A stretch of DNA of 64,000 nucleotides, taken from positions 165,139-229,138 of the forward strand of contig JACQUX010000038.1 in assembly GCA_016210045.1 (NCBI GenBank), given 5' to 3'. Shown piece by piece: positions 56,516-64,000 of the stretch. The notes beneath the pieces were generated by a model, which saw nothing but the letters and a program-made list of their open reading frames with translations, did not search any database and was not told the origin of the DNA. Each line of letters opens with the position of its first letter. Position 1 is the first letter of the stretch. This DNA is from Deltaproteobacteria bacterium. GTDB lineage: Bacteria; UBA10199; GCA-002796325; JACPFF01. The translations under genes were made by a program, and so were the position numbers.

Positions 56516-58389
56516 AAATGTGTTCCGCGCAACGCCGCGACGCGTTCTTGTAAGTCTGCGGCGCGAACTTGCGTCGGCGGAAGCGGCTCGGCGATTACCA
56601 GCCGAATGTGGGAACGCAGTCGTTGTAGAAATCGCCATACGGTGCGGCCCGGCATCCGGCTGAACGCGCTGCCCCACAACCCTTGCAGCGCCATCGGAAT
56701 GACCGGCGCCGGTGTGCGTTCGATGATTCGCTCAATCCCCGGTTTGAACGGATTCATCGCGCCGTCGTGCGTCAGTTTCCCTTCGGGGAAAATGCAGACG
56801 ACGTCGCCTTCCTGCAGCGCCTGCGCGATCGCGTCGTATGCGGATCCCAACACATCCGGATTTTCCCGCTTCGACGCGATCGGGATCGCGCGGCCGCGTT
56901 TGGCGAAGTAGCTGATGATCGGATGCGCGGCGATGTAATGATCCATGATAAATCGGGCAGGGCGACGGCATGCCGCGGCGACGATCAGGCCGTCGACGAA
57001 GCTGACGTGGTTGCAGACCAACACCACCGGCCCGTGTTCCGGGATCCGCTCCGCGCCTTCGACCTCGAGCCGATAGAGGGAGTGCATCAGGATCCAGATC
57101 ATGAAGCGGTAGAGGAATTCCGGGATGATCCCGTAAATGTAACTCGCGACGGCGGCGTTCAAGATTGCGAGCACGAGGAACATCTGGGGAATGGAGCAAT
57201 GGAGTTGTGTGAGGAGCATCGTCAGCAGCGCGGAGCTGACGACGAACACGGCGTTAATGATGTTATTCGCAGCGATAATCCGCGAGCGCCGCTCCGGTGC
57301 GGACCGTTGTTGAATCAACGCTTGCAGTGGCACGACGAAGAATCCGGAGAAGATGCTGATGCCGACGAGGTCGATGAGAATTCGCCAACTCCCGACACTG
57401 TGCAGAAATGCGGCGACGCCCAATGGTCCGGACGCATTGCCGTGAAACTGCGGACTGGCCCACGCGAGATCGAGTGTGAAGAGTGTCATGCCGATCGAAC
57501 CGAACGGCACTAAGCCCAATTCCACGCGCTTGCCCGAGAGCCGTTCGCAGCCGAGTGATCCGATCCCGATCCCGACACAAAACATCACGAGACACAGCGT
57601 GACCACCGACTCGCGACTGCCCAAGACGTCTTTACCGAAACTCGGCAGCAGCGTGAGCAACATCGCGCCGAAGAACCAGAACCACGAGATACCGAGAATG
57701 GAGAGAAAGATCGTGCGATGGCGGCGCGCGTCGCGGACCAAGGCATACGTCAGGCGCAGCGGATTCCACGTAGCGACGGTCGTGTGATCGAGTGGCGGGG
57801 CGGTTGGGATGCCGCGGGAAAATCCCCAACCGAGCATGGCGACGCCGATGGCCGTGAGCGGGACAATATGCGCGCCGTTCGGCAGCGCCATCAGGACGCC
57901 GCCCAAGATCGTGCCGAGCAAGATCGCGAGGAACGTCCCCATTTCGATCATACCGTTCCCGCCGATCAATTCGTCCGCATGCAGGTGTTGCGGCAGTAAA
58001 CTGAACTTGATCGGGCCGAAGACCGTGGAGTGGAGCCCCATCAATGTGAGTACGACCAACAATCCCGCCAGGCTGTGGTAGTGAAAGGCGATGAGCGCGA
58101 GTCCCATAATGGCGATTTCTGCCAGCTTGACGAAACGCACCAAGCGCGATTTTTCGCAGCGATCCGCCAATTGCCCGGCCAGCGCGGAAAAAAGGAAGAA
58201 CGGCAGAATGAACAACCCTTGGCAGAGGGCCACCAGCGACGTGCGTTGCGCCTCGCTCGTCTCCGCGCTGTGGAAGACGATCAGGATCATCAGCGCGTTC
58301 TTGAATAAGTTGTCGTTGAGTGCGCCAAAAAATTGCGTCCCGAACAACGGCCAAAAGCGCGTGCTGCGCAGCAACAGGAATTGATTCAT
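56512..58389 (-). CDS. MFS (LplT-like) + PlsC-type acyltransferase fusion
   Basis: TQFFGALNDNLFK, FGPIKF, NHVSFVD and IFPEG. Confidence 0.92.
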   Translation of the reverse strand: MNQFLLLRSTRFWPLFGTQFFGALNDNLFKNALMILIVFHSAETSEAQRTSLVALCQGLFILPFFLFSALAGQLADRCEKSRLVRFVKLAEIAIMGLALIAFHYHSLAGLLVVLTLMGLHSTVFGPIKFSLLPQHLHADELIGGNGMIEMGTFLAILLGTILGGVLMALPNGAHIVPLTAIGVAMLGWGFSRGIPTAPPLDHTTVATWNPLRLTYALVRDARRHRTIFLSILGISWFWFFGAMLLTLLPSFGKDVLGSRESVVTLCLVMFCVGIGIGSLGCERLSGKRVELGLVPFGSIGMTLFTLDLAWASPQFHGNASGPLGVAAFLHSVGSWRILIDLVGISIFSGFFVVPLQALIQQRSAPERRSRIIAANNIINAVFVVSSALLTMLLTQLHCSIPQMFLVLAILNAAVASYIYGIIPEFLYRFMIWILMHSLYRLEVEGAERIPEHGPVVLVCNHVSFVDGLIVAAACRRPARFIMDHYIAAHPIISYFAKRGRAIPIASKRENPDVLGSAYDAIAQALQEGDVVCIFPEGKLTHDGAMNPFKPGIERIIERTPAPVIPMALQGLWGSAFSRMPGRTVWRFLQRLRSHIRLVIAEPLPPTQVRAADLQERVAALRGTHL

Positions 58390-58458
58390 CGCTGCTCGTC
58401 TATATCGTATCGTCACTACTTGCCTCAACGGGATAATTGGCGTAAGAGACGCGACACT

Positions 58459-59619
58459 ATGCGCAAATGGGGAGCGAGTATTGTGGTGGCGGCGGCGCTG
58501 TTCGGAGTGCTCTGCAGTGCCATCGCGTTGAAACATTACGTCGGCATCGCACAAGGCGGATTAAGCGAGCCCTCGTTCTGCAACATCAGCGAGGCGTTCA
58601 ATTGCGACGCCGTCGCCGCGAGCAGTTATGCTACGCTGGGCGGCCTTCCGGTCGCGGGACTCGGCCTCATCTTCTTCGCGGCGCAGGCCCTGTTCGGGCT
58701 CTGGGTCCTGTTTCAAGGCGAAGCGGCGCATGCCACGGCCGGCTTCGGCCTTTGGTTGGCAGCGTTGGGGCTCATCCCCAGTGCGTATCTCCTCTATGTC
58801 ATGACCGTCGTGTTGGGAACGTACTGTCTCACTTGTCTCGGCATGGACGCCGCAACACTGCTGATGCTGTTCGGCTGGGCATGTTATGGGCGCGCCGGCT
58901 TGGCTGCCTTGAAAGATCGCAGCGCTTGGGTGCGGCACGGTTCCACGTTAGGCGTGCTGTTTTTCGTCGGGATCTTGTTCCTCGTCAACCTGCGCAGCGC
59001 GACGGGCGGCGGCCAAGTGAAGCCGGAAGTGTTGCGCGAGGCGCTGCGGGCCTTTCAACGTCAGCCGCAAGTACAACTGGCGATCAATCCGCAAGAACAT
59101 CCGGTATGGGGCGCGCCGGACGCCAAGGTCACGATCGTGGAATTCAGCGACTTCGAATGTCCGCATTGTCAAAAGGCGGCGTTCTTTATTCGCCCATCGT
59201 TGGCGGAATTCCGGCGCCACGTGCGTTTCGTGTTCGTCAATAATCCGCTCGATCAGTCGTGCAATGACGACATCAAGCACCCGGCCCACCAATTCGCGTG
59301 CCTCGCCGCGCGCGCGGCGCTCTGCGCCGGAGACGTGGGTCGGTTTTGGGAATATCACGACGCCGTATTCAAGATCCAAACGAAGCTGTCACGCGAGCGC
59401 TTGATCGGCCTCGCGAAGACGCACGGGATCGAAGAGTCCGCATTTGTCGCCTGTCTCGATGCGCCGGAAACTGACCAACGGGTGCGCCGCGATCTGGAAA
59501 TCGGTCGTAGTGTGAAAATCAGCGGTACGCCGACCGTCTATGTGAATGGGCGGCTCCTCCGCATTTGGCAAAACGCCGAATTCCTCCGCGCCGTCCTCAA
59601 CGCCGAGTTGTCTCGATGA
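58459..59619 (+). CDS. VKOR + DsbA/thioredoxin fusion protein
   Basis: FCNISEAFNCDAV..SSY, YCLTC, FSDFECPHC and SGTPT. Confidence 0.9.
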   Translation: MRKWGASIVVAAALFGVLCSAIALKHYVGIAQGGLSEPSFCNISEAFNCDAVAASSYATLGGLPVAGLGLIFFAAQALFGLWVLFQGEAAHATAGFGLWLAALGLIPSAYLLYVMTVVLGTYCLTCLGMDAATLLMLFGWACYGRAGLAALKDRSAWVRHGSTLGVLFFVGILFLVNLRSATGGGQVKPEVLREALRAFQRQPQVQLAINPQEHPVWGAPDAKVTIVEFSDFECPHCQKAAFFIRPSLAEFRRHVRFVFVNNPLDQSCNDDIKHPAHQFACLAARAALCAGDVGRFWEYHDAVFKIQTKLSRERLIGLAKTHGIEESAFVACLDAPETDQRVRRDLEIGRSVKISGTPTVYVNGRLLRIWQNAEFLRAVLNAELSR

Positions 59620-59649
59620 TGCATACGCCGAGAGCTTCAAGGCATGCCG

Positions 59650-59863
59650 TAGTAGAGCATCCAGATTGAATTGTAGCGTCACATGCCCCGGCAGGGGCGT
59701 GAGGGGAGTCCCGCGGGGCCGTTCGCCTCGCGGTACGGCGCTCGGCTTACTGAGACCTCGCTCGGTCGGGCTTCAACACCATAGTGCTCCCTCGCTCAGA
59801 CTCGCCCGCGGGACTCCCCTCTCGCCCCTGCCGGGACCTTTTTACAATTTGGATACTCTACTA
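59650..59863. mobile_element. Nested palindromic MITE/REPIN-like element, family A copy 2
   Basis: Outer 19-bp IR at 59650-59668 and 59845-59863 (2 mismatches); inner 31-bp IR at 59687-59717 and 59805-59835; core shared with copy 1. Confidence 0.75.
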
Positions 59864-59903
59864 AAGCACATCGCACTCAATGCCGAAGCGCCTGCTCCTC
59901 TCA

Positions 59904-60029
59904 GCGGGTGACGCCGGCGGAAGGCCTCCAGTCTGGAGCCGCACAGCGTCGGCAAGGCCAGCTCTTACGGACCTGGAAGGCGTCAGCGAGCAGCGAAGAC
60001 TGGAGGGACCCGCCGGTGGCAGGACCCGC
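59904..60029. repeat. Imperfect multi-stem palindromic element (B2)
   Basis: gcgggt..gccggcgg..cctccagtct pairs with agactggagg..ccgccggt..acccgc. Confidence 0.55.
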
Positions 60030-60077
60030 CCACGTGGCCAGAAGCGAATTAGAAGATGTGTGCTGGATGCTAGGTGT

Positions 60078-62609
60078 TCACGGTCTCGCGAGCGATGACG
60101 CAGATGGAATGTGATTCGAGTTCCCCATAACTTTTTGTTCCAATTCAATCCACGTCACATACGCCGGTAGCACGACCACGGCTGTGAGCAGACAGGTGAT
60201 CTCTGCGAGCAAGCCCGTCAGTCCGAAGGTCTGGAGCGCGCCGTTGCGCGAGATCATCAATACGCCGTAGCCGAGAATCGTCGTAAGGGAACAGAGGCAG
60301 ACCGCACCGCCGACTTGTTGCACGGCCGTGCGCATGGAGCCGGGGCCGTCTTGCCGATACCGTTGGAAGATGTTGACGGCGTAATCGACGCCGATTCCGA
60401 ATGCGATCGGCAGTGCGACGAAATTCAAAAAGTTGAGTTTGACGCGGAACAGCGGCAGACACGCGATCAGCCAAATGATCCCGAGACAAAGACTCGCGAG
60501 CACCTTCGTGACCGCGAACCGATCGCGGAACGTCAGCCAGACGACGAAGACGACTAACGCCAGCGCCAACAGCGAGACCCGCGGCCCCTCGCGCGTGACG
60601 ACGTTCAGCAGGTCGGAAAAGATCACCGCCTCGCCCGAGGCATAAATGATCTTACCAGACGCGAGTTCAATCCGACTGAGCAGTCCGGCGAATTTAACCA
60701 GCTCCCGACCGTCCCACAAATTGGCAGAAGAGGTCGGATACACGTAAATGACGAGCCCCGTTCGCCCATCCAATTCGCGGAATTTTTCGATGACCGTCAC
60801 CGGCAAATCCTTGATCTTGACCGGCTGCAAGTCGACAGTCCGCTCGAATTCATCGACTTTTTCCCGCTGCGCATCGGTCAGAAACTTCAACGTGTTGCCG
60901 GTCAGGAGTTTCCGGATGCGTTGCAAGGCGGCCAGCTTGTCTTCCTGTTGTTCGGGGATGAACGAAAACAGCGTCTTGCATTGATCGAAAATCCGGTGTC
61001 CCGCCTCGGTGTACAGATTCGCGGCCTTGGCGTGAATGGCGTCGCAAATCGGCTGTACGTCGGCGAGGTCGTCGGCCAAGATCACGGCCGGCGAGGCCGA
61101 TTCGCCGAAGACGTCGTCGGCGTGGCTCTGCGCCCATTTCTCCCACGACTCCTGCTGTTCCTGCGGTTTGAATCGCAGCTTATTGAAATCGTACTCCAGC
61201 GAATCGGGAATATACCAGCCCGCGACGACCAGCGACGTGGCCGCGAGGCACGCCGCGCTGATCAAGACCGGACGCCAGCGCTGCGTGGCGAGACGTGCCA
61301 ACGGATTCATGAACAATGCGAACGGCGTGCGCGCGTTCGCGCGGAAGCGGAGCGGCCACATCCGTTCGGTGCAGTGGATCCAGCCGGGGAGCAATCCATA
61401 CGTGGCCAGCCAGCAACCGACCATGCCGATGCTGCCGATCACGCCAAACTGATTGAAGCCGCGCACCTGCGCGACCGCGAGCGCCAAGAACGAAAAGACC
61501 GTCGTGGCACACGACGCGAACGTGCCGCGCCAGGTCTGATGCATCGCGATCGCCATCGCGCCGATGGGCGGATGCGCGCGCTCCCGTCGTTCTTCCAGAT
61601 ACCGCGCCATCAGGATCAGGCCGTAGTTGATCCCGTTGCCCAAGATAATCGAACCGAGGAAGGCCGTTTGCGAGGTGAGATAGCCGATCGTGTAGCGCGC
61701 AAACGTCAGCGCAGCCAACGTGCCGAGTCCCGCCGCGCCGATCATCAGGAAACACATTCGGAATTTGCGAAAATAGAGCAATACGGTGCTCCCGACCAGC
61801 AACGCGCACAGCAGCAGCGTGTGTTGTGCATCGCCGACGATCGTCTCGTACTCGGTGATCATTTTCGGATAACGCCCGCCGAATCCGATCCGCAGCCCAA
61901 CGCCATATTGTTCGGGATGGAGTTTATCGACTAATGCACGCGCGGCAGCGATCAGCCGCTTCGCGTCTGCGACGTTCAGCGAACCCGCCTTCGGTTTCAA
62001 CACCACGATCGCCAGCGTCGCTTCGGCATTGGTGAAATAGCCGTCTCGGTTTTTCCCCGGCTCTTTGGAGGTGTGGCGATACTTCCCTTCGATATCGGTA
62101 ATGTCGAAGTTCGGCGGATCGTCGATGTCGACGAAGAATGGATTCTTTTTCAGTTTTTCGTAACGAATTTGGCGATCAAGCCGTTTTTCGATCTCATGCA
62201 AATCAGGGAGATCGATATAGAGGTAGCGATATTTTTCCGTGAAGTCATCGATCGGCTTGGTGTTGTATTCGACGCGGTCCACCAACTCCCGGAGCCGCTC
62301 CGGTGCCGCAGCGGCGAAATCGTCGATGAAGCGCCGCATCGTCGGCCAATCGGGCCCGGCCGCGCCATCCGCCATGTTGCCGCCGCCAATCAGTAACAGC
62401 AAGTTGGCGGTGGAACGGAAGCGCTGTTCGATTTCTTCCAACTCCTGCACGCTCGGATAGCTACGCGGCAACATGCGCTTGAAGTCGCTGTCGATCCCCA
62501 AACGGCGCACTGCCAACGTCGTGAGCACGGCGCATGTCATCCCGAGGATGACAAATCCCCACGCATACTTCCACGCGACCCGACTGTATCGTTCCCAAAA
62601 CGTGGCCAT
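60078..62609 (-). CDS. MMPL/RND family transporter
   Basis: Two repeats of a TM bundle plus extracytoplasmic domain; GNGINYG and GIGVDYAV. Confidence 0.9.
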   Translation of the reverse strand: MATFWERYSRVAWKYAWGFVILGMTCAVLTTLAVRRLGIDSDFKRMLPRSYPSVQELEEIEQRFRSTANLLLLIGGGNMADGAAGPDWPTMRRFIDDFAAAAPERLRELVDRVEYNTKPIDDFTEKYRYLYIDLPDLHEIEKRLDRQIRYEKLKKNPFFVDIDDPPNFDITDIEGKYRHTSKEPGKNRDGYFTNAEATLAIVVLKPKAGSLNVADAKRLIAAARALVDKLHPEQYGVGLRIGFGGRYPKMITEYETIVGDAQHTLLLCALLVGSTVLLYFRKFRMCFLMIGAAGLGTLAALTFARYTIGYLTSQTAFLGSIILGNGINYGLILMARYLEERRERAHPPIGAMAIAMHQTWRGTFASCATTVFSFLALAVAQVRGFNQFGVIGSIGMVGCWLATYGLLPGWIHCTERMWPLRFRANARTPFALFMNPLARLATQRWRPVLISAACLAATSLVVAGWYIPDSLEYDFNKLRFKPQEQQESWEKWAQSHADDVFGESASPAVILADDLADVQPICDAIHAKAANLYTEAGHRIFDQCKTLFSFIPEQQEDKLAALQRIRKLLTGNTLKFLTDAQREKVDEFERTVDLQPVKIKDLPVTVIEKFRELDGRTGLVIYVYPTSSANLWDGRELVKFAGLLSRIELASGKIIYASGEAVIFSDLLNVVTREGPRVSLLALALVVFVVWLTFRDRFAVTKVLASLCLGIIWLIACLPLFRVKLNFLNFVALPIAFGIGVDYAVNIFQRYRQDGPGSMRTAVQQVGGAVCLCSLTTILGYGVLMISRNGALQTFGLTGLLAEITCLLTAVVVLPAYVTWIELEQKVMGNSNHIPSASSLARP

Positions 62610-62715
62610 ACGTCCGTGCGTCCGTAGCATGGGTCAGGGAAGGGGAGCAAGGGAATGGGGGACGCGGAGTTCCCCTTCTTGCGCCCCCTGCCGAAGCGTG
62701 CTACTGCTTCTTCCT

Positions 62716-63480
62716 ATGTGTTCCCGCCTTGGTGTCAGTCTCGGTCTTTGTGGGGTGCTGGCTGTTTCGGCGCCGGCGTTTGCCAAGAAAAAAGGGGATG
62801 ACCTCGGCGTGATCACGGTGGAAGAAGTGCCGCTCGGGGCCGTGCCGGCGTCGCGTAGCACCGGAAAATCCGCGCCGGCCGTGAAGCGGAAGAAACCGAA
62901 GCCGGTAGTGCAAACGAAGGCCGCGCCGCACCATGCGCACACCGCGACTCCGCCGAGTGAACCCGCGACTGCGACCGTCGCGACGCCCGTTCCGATGCCG
63001 ACACCCACAGCCTCCGCAACGGGTCCCACTGCGACCGCAGAGCCAACCGTCGTTGTCACGCCTCCTTCGCCGCAGGCGGGAGTCGAGGCCGCTCCACCCG
63101 CGGCGACTGCAGACGCGACCGCCGCGCCAACTCCCGTGCCTCCACCGACCGAAACGCCAACGACTCCAGCGGTGACAGCCACGGCCCCCGTCGAAGTTGT
63201 GACGCCGTCACCGAGCCCCAGCGCCCCGATCGCTTCACTCCCCCCCGCAGCCGTGCCGCCGCGTCCCGAAGCTCCCACGAAACGTCCCGAGGATCAATTT
63301 GCGGGCCAACTCGTGCAAGTCACGCCCCAGTCCGTCGTGGTTCGTGCGCTGAACGGCGAGACCCGCACGTTTGCACGCGCCGGCCTCAAGATCGAAACGC
63401 CTCGCGCCGGCGACATGGTCACTGCCCGCTTCCGCGAAGGCACCGATGAATTAGTCGCCGTCGATGTTGCCGGGCCTTGA
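62716..63480 (+). CDS. Secreted Pro/Thr/Ala-rich protein with small C-terminal beta domain
   Basis: Signal peptide (SAPAFA) and low-complexity linker. Confidence 0.6.
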   Translation: MCSRLGVSLGLCGVLAVSAPAFAKKKGDDLGVITVEEVPLGAVPASRSTGKSAPAVKRKKPKPVVQTKAAPHHAHTATPPSEPATATVATPVPMPTPTASATGPTATAEPTVVVTPPSPQAGVEAAPPAATADATAAPTPVPPPTETPTTPAVTATAPVEVVTPSPSPSAPIASLPPAAVPPRPEAPTKRPEDQFAGQLVQVTPQSVVVRALNGETRTFARAGLKIETPRAGDMVTARFREGTDELVAVDVAGP

Positions 63481-63507
63481 GGGAACTTCTTACAAATTCA
63501 ATTTGTT

Positions 63508-63632
63508 GGGGACCTTGAAGAATGCCCCAGATGCTAGGCGCCCGGCCCGCCGCGACCGGAGCGTACTCGGTTGTACGTGAGGATCGCGGCGGGCCGGGCA
63601 ACAACGCAGATGTGGTATTCTCCGAGGTCCCC
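63508..63632. repeat. Palindromic element of the CAGATG...GAGCGTAC/GTACGTGAG...GCAGATG type
   Basis: Outer ggggacct/aggtcccc and a perfect 16-bp inner stem at 63540-63555 and 63584-63599. Confidence 0.75.
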
Positions 63633-63633
63633 A

Positions 63634-64000
63634 CTAATCCGCAAACACGAAGACTGATTCTGGGTAATAGCGAATGCGATCTGCTTCGTAACACCAACGC
63701 AGATGCTCGCGCAGTAGCCGATTTTTGGCCGCGAGGCTGACTTGGCCGCGCAGCCAGGCGAGCGCAACGTCGACCCGCAGCGGACGCCCCGGAATCAGGT
63801 GGCGTGTGCTTTTCCGCGGGAAGATCTTCCCGGCGACCGTGCGCTCGATGACCTCGGCCTTCGTGTAGAGCGGCCGCATCACCAGTCCACCGCAATCCAT
63901 CCGGTGAAAATCGCGCAGCGACAATACATCCGGGACATACAGCGGACGAAACCCGTCCGCATCGAGCGCGGCATCCATCCGCGCACAGGCCTGCACGCAG
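63634..64000 (-). CDS. C-terminal part of a ParB-like / SbnI-SerK-like protein; 5' end outside the window
   Basis: TKAEVI..GKIFPRKSTRHLIPGRPLRVDV resembles the C-terminal motif of this family. Confidence 0.5.
   Translation of the reverse strand, partial: CVQACARMDAALDADGFRPLYVPDVLSLRDFHRMDCGGLVMRPLYTKAEVIERTVAGKIFPRKSTRHLIPGRPLRVDVALAWLRGQVSLAAKNRLLREHLRWCYEADRIRYYPESVFVFAD

Noticed and set aside
58459..59619. VKOR-DsbA fusion as a novelty
   Set aside because: VKOR-thioredoxin-fold fusions are an established disulfide-formation architecture
59546..60148. Short ORFs over the intergenic palindromes
   Set aside because: They translate repeat DNA and lack RBS or protein-like features
1..64000. 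CRISPR array or cas genes
   Set aside because: No regularly spaced direct repeats with unique spacers; the repeats are dispersed palindromes or heptamers

Overview
This is a GC-rich bacterial chromosomal segment. Gene content suggests a deltaproteobacterial-type lineage, which is inference only. Housekeeping and metabolic genes include an M20 peptidase, an acyl-CoA thioesterase, bcp, polX, nth, a ferredoxin, dapA/dapF, rho, a GldAFG-like ABC system, metH, gmd/fcl, a VKOR-DsbA fusion and an MMPL transporter; many orphan genes are interspersed. I saw no CRISPR array, rRNA, tRNA, transposase or reverse transcriptase. Most notable: (1) four dispersed orphan loci share an identically spaced sigma28/FliA-like promoter, (G/A)CAAC-N14-(G/A)CCGATA, and include a protein with a C-terminal Hint domain, an FGE/CLec-domain protein and a sensor-less histidine kinase; (2) a SPINDLY-like GT41 lies next to a stand-alone GDP-fucose pathway, a candidate bacterial protein O-fucosylation locus; (3) several families of structured palindromic elements occur, one translated in frame inside the metH linker and one present as two copies with a conserved core but different arm sequences; (4) a class III cyclase-STAND ATPase is coupled to a cNMP-binding protein with a His-less HisKA-like tail; (5) a split CbcL-like nonaheme cytochrome c/cytochrome b operon; (6) a PRMT-like methyltransferase. 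All calls come from reading motifs by eye; no database searches were run.
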